Assembly (NCBI GenBank): GCA_964016885.1
Contig: OZ024742.1
Location: 358,732,001-358,796,000 of the forward strand
Direction: 5' to 3'
Length of the DNA stretch: 64,000 bases
Origin: Eledone cirrhosa
Lineage: Eukaryota
In this document: positions 31,601 through 43,202 of the stretch, piece after piece
Numbering within the stretch: the stretch's first letter is position 1
Layout: each line of letters opens with the position of its first letter
Program-made: the position numbers and the translations under genes
Notes under the pieces: generated by a model
What the model saw: the letters and a program-made list of their open reading frames with translations, nothing else
The model's database searches: none
Told to the model about the DNA's origin: nothing

Positions 31601-32008
31601 GGGGCTCTGCCTGTTCGGGATAAGCTCTACAGACACGGGCGCCCGGGTAGGGACCCCTCGAAAAAGATCTGTCCCAGATGCGTGCGCGACGAGGAAACCG
31701 TCGCGCACGCATTGGTGCACTGCCCGGGCGTTGCCGATCTGTGGGGCTATGTCGAACGACTGCTGTCACGGGTGGGACCAATTAGGTTGACCACCGAAAA
31801 AGAGGCTATATGGTGGACGCGTCTGAAAGGGCTGAGGTCGGACACCTTTCTCTCCGGCCAACAACTGGTCCTTTTCTTCCGATACCATTTCGGAAGAAGG
31901 ATCAGGATGGAGAGAGAGGTGCTCCACTCCAGCCAGTTTTATGAAAGGTGGGTGAAAGTTGCGAGAATGGCCCGTGTGAATGGGCCTTCTCTCTACCTCA
32001 GCCTGTAG
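28649..32008 (+). CDS. ORF2 (1119 aa), copy 6, lacking 26 aa after the zinc finger
   Basis: SIVTIKPPPPFKNEGEAVFLCVIAMV is missing; function uncertain. Confidence 0.9.
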   Translation: MAVLRVGCLNARGLGSPWKQAKLLSDFRSQCVNVMVICEARISSMRQLTPTFDDFEMHASLCQPGGGGGVVVLLQKHLGLATQTVHLDPEGRLVVLDLGNGEGEAFRLVAVYAPFGAMRSDFFHRLETFLGTSRSLLLVGDWNGILDARWDYVGACPDRGGCNSLKGLIGRFDLADRYRLDFPTVPTWTWSNNSGQSRSYLDRFLVRIKDRDFLSCPEMLMVGYSDHKLVTCVVHLDRTHRQGPGYWKLNLSLPASRAYRDRIRTLVKEQLTGAIVNNRWWGSLKREIRVVSIGVSKELASDRNRKERELVVNVEEAMRSGNVARVQASRTVLNQFFDAKHEGCVVRSKIRALGNEGTKAVSWARVTEAKSGIKSTIRSLRDQDGRLILEPKQMCEAFQRHFAQLFGRGGEPVGDVDFGPYLDGLPRLSDREARSCDGPISAAEIGDVLSLCGKRKSPGLDGLPYELYINMPDLFPDLLEAVYCNWQQNGRIPCSVTKGVVSLVRKDENKGDDISNFRPITLLNAELKILAKVLAKRLALVVGGLVGDAQTCAIPSRSIHDNLHLMRYIIERVGNEPGFGGALINLDQSKAFDRVDHGYLDAVLAAAGFGPVFRGWITAMHSSRICSRVKVNGYLSEPFEITRSIRQGCPLSSLLYVLTLEPLLRKLELLQGIPLEPGLRKAVSAYADDVTVMVSTASEIEAIGTLLEEYERLTGAKLNRDKSIALQLGEWRGKAMSCDGIVGRWTEGPVKLLGVWFGPDLQVEKNWGEVTNRVFALTQKWAECKLSLKGRAEVANAYIASVIYYRLTVVPCPGEILAKMERALFYFLWKKRSPLVRRSICCQHPLKGGLGMPWLKMRKHALRLRHLHVFLTGQPVWAPFVRRAFPRLVSLTELQSWVKQRPRKLGDWHTECAQALTALWQADPAIDGDSTSSFYRGLVVSGCDDALGEALGMEEDELASLFGRTFGPGPMDNFQKSLAWQCYRGALPVRDKLYRHGRPGRDPSKKICPRCVRDEETVAHALVHCPGVADLWGYVERLLSRVGPIRLTTEKEAIWWTRLKGLRSDTFLSGQQLVLFFRYHFGRRIRMEREVLHSSQFYERWVKVARMARVNGPSLYLSL

Positions 32009-32428
32009 GTGGAACAGAAAGAAGGGAGCACCCTCTCTTTGTGCTCCCGTGGAGAAGGGTCGCACACTTTTTTTCGGGGGTGTGTGTGACCCCAAAACGA
32101 TCCCTCCCTATTGAGGACCTTCTTGTTACTATTTTGTTTGTTATATTTTTCTTACTCGATTTTTATGTAAACTCCCCCCACCCATGTACATGTCCCTTTC
32201 TTTTGTGCCCTAGTGGCAAATAAACAGAAATTTATCTGTCTGTCTGTCTGTCTGAGGATAGTAGACGTGTGTCATATCGCTCTGTGATTTGGATTTTTAC
32301 CTGCTAATTTTGTGAGTGGATTTTTTTGAATTATTTTGTATAATTAACTGTAACCCCTAGTCTGGGACTCTAGACGTCGGGTAAATATATTTTCACCCCT
32401 TTTGGGGTGAAAAATAAATATTCGAGAA

Positions 32429-34183
32429 ATGTTTATCGATATCGTTGATAACGATATCGTCGAAAACGATATCGCCATATTGGAAGCGAACGCCACGCCG
32501 ACCAAAAAAACAAGCGGGAAAGAGGGAACAACAGTTCAAACTGTTGAACAACCCCTCCTCTCCAATGAAAAAAAGAATTTCAATTCAAATGAAAAAATTA
32601 ATTTTGAAGAAAAAAATAGCACCACAAATAAGGAAACCAACAACATTACAACAACAAACAAAGACAAAATTTCTTTTGCCCAAACACTTAGGAGAGCCAC
32701 GGAATACAAAGCCATTGACATCACGAACGCCAAGGAAAATTTGCTAGAGGCTAGAAAATACGTATCTTTTGGGGAGGATGGTTCTTTTACGATCAACTCC
32801 CCAGAAGAAGTGCGTGAACAGATTTACAAGAATACCGTAAGCTACAGAACCATAACCAACGAAACGAGAAAGCCAGCGCAATTGACCGAAAGTCAAATCG
32901 AGCTGGTTCTGAAAGAAATTAAAAATGACATACTCTTTATTCAAAGAGGAAAGCTGTATGCCAGCATTATGGTCCGAATGAAGGACGAAATGCTGGCTCA
33001 GAAATATTCGGTGGCACCTATAGTGTCACCACATTACACCTTCTTCCCCACATATAAAGGAAGAAGAACACAAAGGATAAGAATGTGGAGCCCTACGCCA
33101 GAAATTAACATCTGGTCCGTCCTAACAGGATTTACCGACCTAGATAAGGACATACTAATTTCAGCAGGGGAGTCCACCAGTGGACTGTTCGGGGGGAAAA
33201 GTCTGGAGGTTCTCTTACAGATGACACCTGAGAGAATCTCCGGAATACCCGACCGAGTGCTACTGGATGGGCGAACCTACATAAATATCACAGTGGAAGG
33301 CAGGAGACCCTCATGTTACCACTGCGCTGGCAGAGGTCACCTGAGGACGGCCTGCCCTCTACTAACAACAAAAAAACCACTGCTACAAACACCACAACAA
33401 CAACAAAAACAACCAGCACCACCATCACAAAAACAACAAAATACACTACCATCACCACCAGAACAACAAAAACCAACAACACCACCACCACCACCACCAC
33501 AACAACAACATCAACAACAGCTCAAGAAAACAACCCAAAACACGGTCCCACCCAGCCCCACCCCACAGAACACAAATACAAAAACAGTTCATACACAACC
33601 CGGAGATATACCCCTCCCCTCCAATACGGAAGAGGAGCTCATATCGTCGGAAGACGAGGGGGCTCCCTTCCAAAAAGTGAAAAGAAAAAAACGTACACAC
33701 ACCACAACAACAAAAATAACCCCACCTGACAACACAACACAGACAATAAAACGCAAACTCACTCAACAACAACAAGCAAAAACAAACACAACAACACAAA
33801 AACTCTACACATACATAAACAAAAACAATGAAAACCTAACTTTAAAAATAGAAACCAACCCTTCGATACAAACCGAAGGGCCGAATTTCGTAACGGCAAT
33901 GGGGCTCCCTAACCTGAAAATGGTGAAAATCCCACTTGACATTTTTAAAACTTTAAAAGACATGTACCCTGAGGACGTGGGCCCACCCTGCACCAGGCCA
34001 CTCAACCGCGTCCTCCTGAAAGGTTTTCCCCTCCCCTCCTCAAACACCCACACAACTCCAAAGATCCCAACCCCTCCACACACCAATACCCCCACACCAC
34101 CACAAACCACCACCCCACCCGTCAACCCCGCCACCAGCCCCATGGAAACTGAGCGACCCGAACCCCGGGACGCAGAGAGGTAA
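32429..34183 (+). CDS. ORF1 (584 aa), copy 7
   Basis: Translation matches copy 2 ORF1. Confidence 0.93.
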   Translation: MFIDIVDNDIVENDIAILEANATPTKKTSGKEGTTVQTVEQPLLSNEKKNFNSNEKINFEEKNSTTNKETNNITTTNKDKISFAQTLRRATEYKAIDITNAKENLLEARKYVSFGEDGSFTINSPEEVREQIYKNTVSYRTITNETRKPAQLTESQIELVLKEIKNDILFIQRGKLYASIMVRMKDEMLAQKYSVAPIVSPHYTFFPTYKGRRTQRIRMWSPTPEINIWSVLTGFTDLDKDILISAGESTSGLFGGKSLEVLLQMTPERISGIPDRVLLDGRTYINITVEGRRPSCYHCAGRGHLRTACPLLTTKKPLLQTPQQQQKQPAPPSQKQQNTLPSPPEQQKPTTPPPPPPQQQHQQQLKKTTQNTVPPSPTPQNTNTKTVHTQPGDIPLPSNTEEELISSEDEGAPFQKVKRKKRTHTTTTKITPPDNTTQTIKRKLTQQQQAKTNTTTQKLYTYINKNNENLTLKIETNPSIQTEGPNFVTAMGLPNLKMVKIPLDIFKTLKDMYPEDVGPPCTRPLNRVLLKGFPLPSSNTHTTPKIPTPPHTNTPTPPQTTTPPVNPATSPMETERPEPRDAER

Positions 34184-34206
34184 GTGCCTCTTTCTTTGCC
34201 ACCAAC

Positions 34207-37200
34207 ATGGCTGTCTTAAGAGTGGGTTGTCTAAATGCGCGTGGCCTGGGCTCACCTTGGAAGCAAGCTAAACTTCTAAGTGACTTCAGGTCACAATGTG
34301 TAAATGTGATGGTTATTTGCGAGGCCCGGATCAGCAGCATGCGACAGCTAACCCCCACCTTTGATGACTTTGAGATGCACGCATCTCTCTGTCAGCCCGG
34401 AGGTGGGGGTGGGGTTGTCGTTCTGCTGCAAAAACATCTGGGTCTCGCTACACAGACGGTACACTTGGACCCGGAGGGTCGACTCGTGGTTCTGGACCTT
34501 GGCAATGGCGAAGGCGAAGCTTTTAGGCTTGTCGCCGTATACGCCCCTTTTGGGGCAATGCGGTCGGACTTCTTCCATCGTCTGGAGACTTTTCTAGGGA
34601 CGTCCCGCTCCTTGCTTTTAGTGGGGGACTGGAATGGTATCCTAGATGCACGTTGGGACTATGTAGGGGCATGTCCCGATAGAGGGGGGTGTAACAGCCT
34701 TAAGGGGTTAATCGGTCGATTCGACCTGGCCGATAGATACCGACTAGATTTTCCGACTGTACCAACCTGGACCTGGTCAAATAACAGTGGTCAATCTAGA
34801 TCGTACCTAGATAGGTTCTTAGTTAGAATTAAGGATAGGGACTTTTTAAGTTGTCCAGAAATGCTCATGGTGGGCTATTCAGACCACAAGTTAGTGACCT
34901 GCGTAGTCCACCTTGATAGAACGCATAGGCAGGGGCCCGGTTACTGGAAGCTCAACTTGTCCTTACCGGCAAGTAGAGCTTACAGGGACCGGATTAGAAC
35001 CTTAGTTAAGGAGCAGTTGACGGGCGCCATCGTCAACAACAGGTGGTGGGGCTCTCTAAAAAGAGAGATTAGAGTAGTTTCAATAGGAGTTAGTAAGGAG
35101 TTAGCCTCAGATAGAAATAGGAAGGAAAGGGAGTTGGTAGTTAATGTTGAAGAGGCAATGAGAAGCGGCAACGTGGCCAGAGTGCAAGCGTCGAGAACGG
35201 TCTTGAACCAGTTCTTCGACGCGAAACACGAAGGCTGCGTTGTCCGAAGCAAAATACGTGCTCTGGGAAACGAGGGGACCAAAGCTGTTAGCTGGGCCCG
35301 CGTGACAGAAGCGAAAAGTGGGATTAAATCCACTATCCGGTCTTTGCGAGACCAGGATGGACGGCTGATCCTTGAACCTAAGCAAATGTGCGAGGCCTTT
35401 CAAAGGCACTTTGCCCAATTGTTCGGGAGGGGCGGGGAGCCGGTTGGGGATGTGGATTTCGGTCCATACCTCGACGGCCTGCCGCGTCTTTCGGACAGGG
35501 AGGCGAGGTCCTGCGACGGGCCGATCTCAGCTGCTGAAATAGGGGACGTGCTGAGCCTATGCGGCAAACGCAAATCTCCAGGACTCGATGGTCTGCCCTA
35601 CGAACTATATATTAATATGCCGGACTTGTTCCCCGATCTCCTCGAGGCGGTCTACTGCAACTGGCAACAGAACGGGAGAATTCCCTGTTCTGTGACCAAG
35701 GGCGTAGTCTCGCTAGTGAGGAAGGACGAGAACAAGGGGGATGACATTAGTAATTTTAGGCCCATAACTCTGCTAAATGCAGAGTTAAAGATTTTGGCGA
35801 AGGTGTTAGCGAAGAGGTTGGCGCTTGTCGTGGGGGGCCTGGTGGGAGATGCGCAGACATGCGCTATCCCGTCCAGGTCCATCCACGACAACCTCCACCT
35901 CATGCGATACATCATAGAGAGGGTTGGGAACGAACCCGGCTTTGGTGGGGCCCTGATAAATTTAGATCAGTCTAAAGCGTTCGATAGGGTGGACCATGGT
36001 TACCTGGATGCGGTGCTAGCGGCGGCTGGGTTCGGACCCGTTTTCAGGGGCTGGATCACTGCCATGCACAGCAGCCGCATCTGCTCTAGAGTCAAGGTGA
36101 ACGGCTACCTTTCGGAGCCGTTCGAAATCACCCGCTCCATCCGACAGGGGTGCCCTCTCTCCTCCCTTCTGTATGTGTTGACTCTCGAGCCATTACTGCG
36201 GAAGTTGGAGTTGTTGCAGGGCATCCCTTTGGAACCGGGATTGCGCAAAGCGGTGTCGGCCTACGCCGATGACGTAACAGTAATGGTGTCGACCGCCTCG
36301 GAAATCGAGGCGATCGGCACCTTACTAGAGGAGTACGAAAGGTTGACAGGGGCTAAGCTGAACCGGGACAAGTCAATCGCTTTGCAACTCGGCGAGTGGA
36401 GGGGCAAAGCGATGTCGTGCGACGGTATCGTCGGACGGTGGACGGAGGGCCCGGTGAAGCTGCTTGGGGTCTGGTTCGGACCGGACCTCCAGGTGGAGAA
36501 AAACTGGGGTGAGGTGACGAATAGGGTGTTTGCACTGACCCAGAAGTGGGCCGAGTGCAAACTATCCCTAAAAGGTCGGGCGGAGGTGGCGAACGCTTAC
36601 ATAGCGTCCGTCATCTATTACCGCTTGACTGTCGTGCCTTGCCCGGGTGAGATCCTCGCCAAAATGGAGCGCGCCCTCTTTTATTTCCTTTGGAAGAAGA
36701 GGTCTCCTCTAGTGAGGAGATCCATCTGCTGTCAACACCCTTTGAAAGGAGGGCTGGGGATGCCATGGCTAAAAATGCGTAAACACGCATTGAGGCTAAG
36801 GCACCTCCACGTATTCCTCACCAGTCAACCGGTGTGGGCCCCGTTTGTGAGGCGAGCCTTCCCGAGGCTCGTCTCGCTCACCGAGCTGCAGTCCTGGGTG
36901 AAGCAAAGACCGAGAAAACTGGGCGACTGGCACACCGAGTGTGCCCAGGCGCTCACGGCTCTCTGGCAGGCGGACCCGGCTATCGACGGAGACTCCACCT
37001 CGTCATTCTATAGAGGGCTGGTGGTTAGCGGGTGCGACGACGCCCTCGGAGAAGCCCTAGGCATGGAGGAGGACGAACTGGCCAGTCTATTCGGTAGGAC
37101 TTTCGGCCCGGGACCTATGGACAACTTCCAGAAGTCCTTGGCCTGGCAGTGCTACCGAGGGGCTCTGCCCGTTCGGGATAAGCTCTACAGACACGGGCGC

Positions 37201-37644
37201 CCGGGTAGGGACCCCTCGAAAAAGATCTGTCCCAGATGCGTGCGCGACGAGGAAACCGTCGCGCACGCATTGGTGCACTGCCCGGGCGTTGCCGATCTGT
37301 GGGGCTATGTTGAACAACTGCTGTAACGGGTGGGACCAATTAGGTTGACCACCGAGTCCATTGTAACGATCAAGCCGCCTCCCCCCTTCAAAAATGAAGG
37401 AGAGGCGGTCTTCCTCTGTGTAATAGCCATGGTAAAAGAGGCTATATGGTGGACGCGTCTGAAAGGGCTGAGGTCGGACACCTTTCTCTCCGGCCAACAA
37501 CTGGTCCTTTTCTTCCGATACCATTTCGGAAGAAGGATCAGGATGGAGAGAGAGGTGCTCCACTCCAGCCAGTTTTATGAAAGGTGGGTGAAAGTTGCGA
37601 GAATGGCCCGTGTGAATGGGCCTTCTCTCTACCTCAGCCTGTAG
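34207..37644 (+). pseudogene. ORF2 of copy 7 with the same premature stop as copy 5
   Basis: ORF ends at 37326; the remainder continues in frame to 37644. Confidence 0.9.
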
Positions 37645-38064
37645 GTGGAACAGAAAGAAGGGAGCACCCTCTCTTTGTGCTCCCGTGGAGAAGGGTCGCA
37701 CACTTTTTTTCGGGGGTGTGTGTGACCCCAAAACGATCCCTCCCTATTGAGGACCTTCTTGTTACTATTTTGTTTGTTATATTTTTCTTACTCGATTTTT
37801 ATGTAAACTCCCCCCACCCATGTACATGTCCCTTTCTTTTGTGCCCTAGTGGCAAATAAACAGAAATTTATCTGTCTGTCTGTCTGTCTGAGGATAGTAG
37901 ACGTGTGTCATATCGCTCTGTGATTTGGATTTTTACCTGCTAATTTTGTGAGTGGATTTTTTTGAATTATTTTGTATAATTAACTGTAACCCCTAGTCTG
38001 GGACTCTAGACGTCGGGTAAATATATTTTCACCCCTTTTGGGGTGAAAAATAAATATTCGAGAA

Positions 38065-39819
38065 ATGTTTATCGATATCGTTGATAACGATATCGTCGAA
38101 AACGATATCGCCATATTGGAAGCGAACGCCACGCCGACCAAAAAAACAAGCGGGAAAGAGGGAACAACAGTTCAAACTGTTGAACAACCCCTCCTCTCCA
38201 ATGAAAAAAAGAATTTCAATTCAAATGAAAAAATTAATTTTGAAGAAAAAAATAGCACCACAAATAAGGAAACCAACAACATTACAACAACAAACAAAGA
38301 CAAAATTTCTTTTGCCCAAACACTTAGGAGAGCCACGGAATACAAAGCCATTGACATCACGAACGCCAAGGAAAATTTGCTAGAGGCTAGAAAATACGTA
38401 TCTTTTGGGGAGGATGGTTCTTTTACGATCAACTCCCCAGAAGAAGTGCGTGAACAGATTTACAAGAATACCGTAAGCTACAGAACCATAACCAACGAAA
38501 CGAGAAAGCCAGCGCAATTGACCGAAAGTCAAATCGAGCTGGTTCTGAAAGAAATTAAAAATGACATACTCTTTATTCAAAGAGGAAAGCTGTATGCCAG
38601 CATTATGGTCCGAATGAAGGACGAAATGCTGGCTCAGAAATATTCGGTGGCACCTATAGTGTCACCACATTACACCTTCTTCCCCACATATAAAGGAAGA
38701 AGAACACAAAGGATAAGAATGTGGAGCCCTACGCCAGAAATTAACATCTGGTCCGTCCTAACAGGATTTACCGACCTAGATAAGGACATACTAATTTCAG
38801 CAGGGGAGTCCACCAGTGGACTGTTCGGGGGGAAAAGTCTGGAGGTTCTCTTACAGATGACACCTGAGAGAATCTCCGGAATACCCGACCGAGTGCTACT
38901 GGATGGGCGAACCTACATAAATATCACAGTGGAAGGCAGGAGACCCTCATGTTACCACTGCGCTGGCAGAGGTCACCTGAGGACGGCCTGCCCTCTACTA
39001 ACAACAAAAAAACCACTGCTACAAACACCACAACAACAACAAAAACAACCAGCACCACCATCACAAAAACAACAAAATACACTACCATCACCACCAGAAC
39101 AACAAAAACCAACAACACCACCACCACCACCACCACAACAACAACATCAACAACAGCTCAAGAAAACAACCCAAAACACGGTCCCACCCAGCCCCACCCC
39201 ACAGAACACAAATACAAAAACAGTTCATACACAACCCGGAGATATACCCCTCCCCTCCAATACGGAAGAGGAGCTCATATCGTCGGAAGACGAGGGGGCT
39301 CCCTTCCAAAAAGTGAAAAGAAAAAAACGTACACACACCACAACAACAAAAATAACCCCACCTGACAACACAACACAGACAATAAAACGCAAACTCACTC
39401 AACAACAACAAGCAAAAACAAACACAACAACACAAAAACTCTACACATACATAAACAAAAACAATGAAAACCTAACTTTAAAAATAGAAACCAACCCTTC
39501 GATACAAACCGAAGGGCCGAATTTCGTAACGGCAATGGGGCTCCCTAACCTGAAAATGGTGAAAATCCCACTTGACATTTTTAAAACTTTAAAAGACATG
39601 TACCCTGAGGACGTGGGCCCACCCTGCACCAGGCCACTCAACCGCGTCCTCCTGAAAGGTTTTCCCCTCCCCTCCTCAAACACCCACACAACTCCAAAGA
39701 TCCCAACCCCTCCACACACCAATACCCCCACACCACCACAAACCACCACCCCACCCGTCAACCCCGCCACCAGCCCCATGGAAACTGAGCGACCCGAACC
39801 CCGGGACGCAGAGAGGTAA
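38065..39819 (+). CDS. ORF1 (584 aa), copy 8
   Basis: Translation matches copy 2 ORF1. Confidence 0.93.
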   Translation: MFIDIVDNDIVENDIAILEANATPTKKTSGKEGTTVQTVEQPLLSNEKKNFNSNEKINFEEKNSTTNKETNNITTTNKDKISFAQTLRRATEYKAIDITNAKENLLEARKYVSFGEDGSFTINSPEEVREQIYKNTVSYRTITNETRKPAQLTESQIELVLKEIKNDILFIQRGKLYASIMVRMKDEMLAQKYSVAPIVSPHYTFFPTYKGRRTQRIRMWSPTPEINIWSVLTGFTDLDKDILISAGESTSGLFGGKSLEVLLQMTPERISGIPDRVLLDGRTYINITVEGRRPSCYHCAGRGHLRTACPLLTTKKPLLQTPQQQQKQPAPPSQKQQNTLPSPPEQQKPTTPPPPPPQQQHQQQLKKTTQNTVPPSPTPQNTNTKTVHTQPGDIPLPSNTEEELISSEDEGAPFQKVKRKKRTHTTTTKITPPDNTTQTIKRKLTQQQQAKTNTTTQKLYTYINKNNENLTLKIETNPSIQTEGPNFVTAMGLPNLKMVKIPLDIFKTLKDMYPEDVGPPCTRPLNRVLLKGFPLPSSNTHTTPKIPTPPHTNTPTPPQTTTPPVNPATSPMETERPEPRDAER

Positions 39820-39842
39820 GTGCCTCTTTCTTTGCCACCAAC

Positions 39843-42800
39843 ATGGCTGTCTTAAGAGTGGGTTGTCTAAATGCGCGTGGCCTGGGCTCACCTTGGAAGC
39901 AAGCTAAACTTCTAAGTGACTTCAGGTCACAATGTGTAAATGTGATGGTTATTTGCGAGGCCCGGATCAGCAGCATGCGACAGCTAACCCCCACCTTTGA
40001 TGACTTTGAGATGCACGCATCTCTCTGTCAGCCCGGAGGTGGGGGTGGGGTTGTCGTTCTGCTGCAAAAACATCTGGGTCTCGCTACACAGACGGTACAC
40101 TTGGACCCGGAGGGTCGACTCGTGGTTCTGGACCTTGGCAATGGCGAAGGCGAAGCTTTTAGGCTTGTCGCCGTATACGCCCCTTTTGGGGCAATGCGGT
40201 CGGACTTCTTCCATCGTCTGGAGACTTTTCTAGGGACGTCCCGCTCCTTGCTTTTAGTGGGGGACTGGAATGGTATCCTAGATGCACGTTGGGACTATGT
40301 AGGGGCATGTCCCGATAGAGGGGGGTGTAACAGCCTTAAGGGGTTAATCGGTCGATTCGACCTGGCCGATAGATACCGACTAGATTTTCCGACTGTACCA
40401 ACCTGGACCTGGTCAAATAACAGTGGTCAATCTAGATCGTACCTAGATAGGTTCTTAGTTAGAATTAAGGATAGGGACTTTTTAAGTTGTCCAGAAATGC
40501 TCATGGTGGGCTATTCAGACCACAAGTTAGTGACCTGCGTAGTCCACCTTGATAGAACGCATAGGCAGGGGCCCGGTTACTGGAAGCTCAACTTGTCCTT
40601 ACCGGCAAGTAGAGCTTACAGGGACCGGATTAGAACCTTAGTTAAGGAGCAGTTGACGGGCGCCATCGTCAACAACAGGTGGTGGGGCTCTCTAAAAAGA
40701 GAGATTAGAGTAGTTTCAATAGGAGTTAGTAAGGAGTTAGCCTCAGATAGAAATAGGAAGGAAAGGGAGTTGGTAGTTAATGTTGAAGAGGCAATGAGAA
40801 GCGGCAACGTGGCCAGAGTGCAAGCGTCGAGAACGGTCTTGAACCAGTTCTTCGACGCGAAACACGAAGGCTGCGTTGTCCGAAGCAAAATACGTGCTCT
40901 GGGAAACGAGGGGACCAAAGCTGTTAGCTGGGCCCGCGTGACAGAAGCGAAAAGTGGGATTAAATCCACTATCCGGTCTTTGCGAGACCAGGATGGACGG
41001 CTGATCCTTGAACCTAAGCAAATGTGCGAGGCCTTTCAAAGGCACTTTGCCCAATTGTTCGGGAGGGGCGGGGAGCCGGTTGGAGATGTGGATTTCGGTC
41101 CATACCTCGACGGCCTGCCGCGTCTTTCGGACAGGGAGGCGAGGTCCTGCGACGGGCCGATCTCAGCTGCTGAAATAGGGGACGTGCTGAGCCTATGCGG
41201 CAAACGCAAATCTCCAGGACTCGATGGTCTGCCCTACGAACTATATATTAATATGCCGGACTTGTTCCCCGATCTCCTCGAGGCGGTCTACTGCAACTGG
41301 CAACAGAACGGGAGAATTCCCTGTTCTGTGACCAAGGGCGTAGTCTCGCTAGTGAGGAAGGACGAGAACAAGGGGGATGACATTAGTAATTTTAGGCCCA
41401 TAACTCTGCTAAATGCAGAGTTAAAGATTTTGGCGAAGGTGTTAGCGAAGAGGTTGGCGCTTGTCGTGGGGGGCCTGGTGGGAGATGCGCAGACATGCGC
41501 TATCCCGTCCAGGTCCATCCACGACAACCTCCACCTCATGCGATACATCATAGAGAGGGTTGGGAACGAACCCGGCTTTGGTGGGGCCCTGATAAATTTA
41601 GATCAGTCTAAAGCGTTCGATAGGGTGGACCATGGTTACCTGGATGCGGTGCTAGCGGCGGCTGGGTTCGGACCCGTTTTCAGGGGCTGGATCACTGCCA
41701 TGCACAGCAGCCGCATCTGCTCTAGAGTCAAGGTGAACGGCTACCTTTCGGAGCCGTTCGAAATCACCCGCTCCATCCGACAGGGGTGCCCTCTCTCCTC
41801 CCTTCTGTATGTGTTGACTCTCGAGCCATTACTGCGGAAGTTGGAGTTGTTGCAGGGCATCCCTTTGGAACCGGGATTGCGCAAAGCGGTGTCGGCCTAC
41901 GCCGATGACGTAACAGTAATGGTGTCGACCGCCTCGGAAATCGAGGCGATCGGCACCTTACTAGAGGAGTACGAAAGGTTGACAGGGGCTAAGCTGAACC
42001 GGGACAAGTCAATCGCTTTGCAACTCGGCGAGTGGAGGGGCAAAGCGATGTCGTGCGACGGTATCGTCGGACGGTGGACGGAGGGCCCGGTGAAGCTGCT
42101 TGGGGTCTGGTTCGGACCGGACCTCCAGGTGGAGAAAAACTGGGGTGAGGTGACGAATAGGGTGTTTGCACTGACCCAGAAGTGGGCCGAGTGCAAACTA
42201 TCCCTAAAAGGTCGGGCGGAGGTGGCGAACGCTTACATAGCGTCCGTCATCTATTACCGCTTGACTGTCGTGCCTTGCCCGGGTGAGATCCTCGCCAAAA
42301 TGGAGCGCGCCCTCTTTTATTTCCTTTGGAAGAAGAGGTCTCCTCTAGTGAGGAGATCCATCTGCTGTCAACACCCTTTGAAAGGAGGGCTGGGGATGCC
42401 GTGGCTAAAAATGCGTAAACACGCATTGAGGCTAAGGCACCTCCACGTATTCCTCACCGGTCAACCGGTGTGGGCCCCGTTTGTGAGGCGAGCCTTCCCG
42501 AGGCTCGTCTCGCTCACCGAGCTGCAGTCCTGGGTGAAGCAAAGACCGAGAAAACTGGGCGACTGGCACACCGAGTGTGCCCAGGCGCTCACGGCACTCT
42601 GGCAGGCGGACCCGGCTATCGACGGAGACTCCACCTCGTCATTCTATAGAGGGCTGGTGGTTAGCGGGTGCGACGACGCCCTCGGAGAAGCCCTAGGCAT
42701 GGAGGAGGACGAACTGGCCAGTCTATTCGGTAGGACTTTCGGCCCGGGACCTATGGACAACTTCCAGAAGTCCTTGGCCTGGCAGTGCTACCGAGGGGCT

Positions 42801-43202
42801 CTGCCTGTTCGGGATAAGCTCTACAGACACGGGCGCCCGGGTAGGGACCCCTCGAAAAAGATCTGTCCCAGATGCGTGCGCGACGAGGAAACCGTCGCGC
42901 ACGCATTGGTGCACTGCCCGGGCGTTGCCGATCTGTGGGGCTATGTCGAACGACTGCTGTCACGGGTGGGACCAATTAGGTTGACCACCGAAAAAGAGGC
43001 TATATGGTGGACGCGTCTGAAAGGGCTGAGGTCGGACACCTTTCTCTCCGGCCAACAACTGGTCCTTTTCTTCCGATACCATTTCGGAAGAAGGATCAGG
43101 ATGGAGAGAGAGGTGCTCCACTCCAGCCAGTTTTATGAAAGGTGGGTGAAAGTTGCGAGAATGGCCCGTGTGAATGGGCCTTCTCTCTACCTCAGCCTGT
43201 AG
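39843..43202 (+). CDS. ORF2 (1119 aa), copy 8, with 26-aa deletion
   Basis: Same deletion as copy 6. Confidence 0.9.
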   Translation: MAVLRVGCLNARGLGSPWKQAKLLSDFRSQCVNVMVICEARISSMRQLTPTFDDFEMHASLCQPGGGGGVVVLLQKHLGLATQTVHLDPEGRLVVLDLGNGEGEAFRLVAVYAPFGAMRSDFFHRLETFLGTSRSLLLVGDWNGILDARWDYVGACPDRGGCNSLKGLIGRFDLADRYRLDFPTVPTWTWSNNSGQSRSYLDRFLVRIKDRDFLSCPEMLMVGYSDHKLVTCVVHLDRTHRQGPGYWKLNLSLPASRAYRDRIRTLVKEQLTGAIVNNRWWGSLKREIRVVSIGVSKELASDRNRKERELVVNVEEAMRSGNVARVQASRTVLNQFFDAKHEGCVVRSKIRALGNEGTKAVSWARVTEAKSGIKSTIRSLRDQDGRLILEPKQMCEAFQRHFAQLFGRGGEPVGDVDFGPYLDGLPRLSDREARSCDGPISAAEIGDVLSLCGKRKSPGLDGLPYELYINMPDLFPDLLEAVYCNWQQNGRIPCSVTKGVVSLVRKDENKGDDISNFRPITLLNAELKILAKVLAKRLALVVGGLVGDAQTCAIPSRSIHDNLHLMRYIIERVGNEPGFGGALINLDQSKAFDRVDHGYLDAVLAAAGFGPVFRGWITAMHSSRICSRVKVNGYLSEPFEITRSIRQGCPLSSLLYVLTLEPLLRKLELLQGIPLEPGLRKAVSAYADDVTVMVSTASEIEAIGTLLEEYERLTGAKLNRDKSIALQLGEWRGKAMSCDGIVGRWTEGPVKLLGVWFGPDLQVEKNWGEVTNRVFALTQKWAECKLSLKGRAEVANAYIASVIYYRLTVVPCPGEILAKMERALFYFLWKKRSPLVRRSICCQHPLKGGLGMPWLKMRKHALRLRHLHVFLTGQPVWAPFVRRAFPRLVSLTELQSWVKQRPRKLGDWHTECAQALTALWQADPAIDGDSTSSFYRGLVVSGCDDALGEALGMEEDELASLFGRTFGPGPMDNFQKSLAWQCYRGALPVRDKLYRHGRPGRDPSKKICPRCVRDEETVAHALVHCPGVADLWGYVERLLSRVGPIRLTTEKEAIWWTRLKGLRSDTFLSGQQLVLFFRYHFGRRIRMEREVLHSSQFYERWVKVARMARVNGPSLYLSL

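Larger units (their letters stand above)
26696..32233 (+). mobile_element. Tx1-like retrotransposon copy 6, 78-bp in-frame deletion allele
   Basis: 5538 bp; deletion junction ACCACCGA|AAAAGAGG near 31797. Confidence 0.96.
32254..37869 (+). mobile_element. Tx1-like retrotransposon copy 7, ORF2 nonsense allele
   Basis: Shared termini; TAA at 37324-37326. Confidence 0.96.

Noticed and set aside
31790-31810. 78-bp deletion as a spliced-out intron
   Set aside because: The deleted segment starts GT but ends GT, not AG, and the junction cannot be shifted to a canonical pair.
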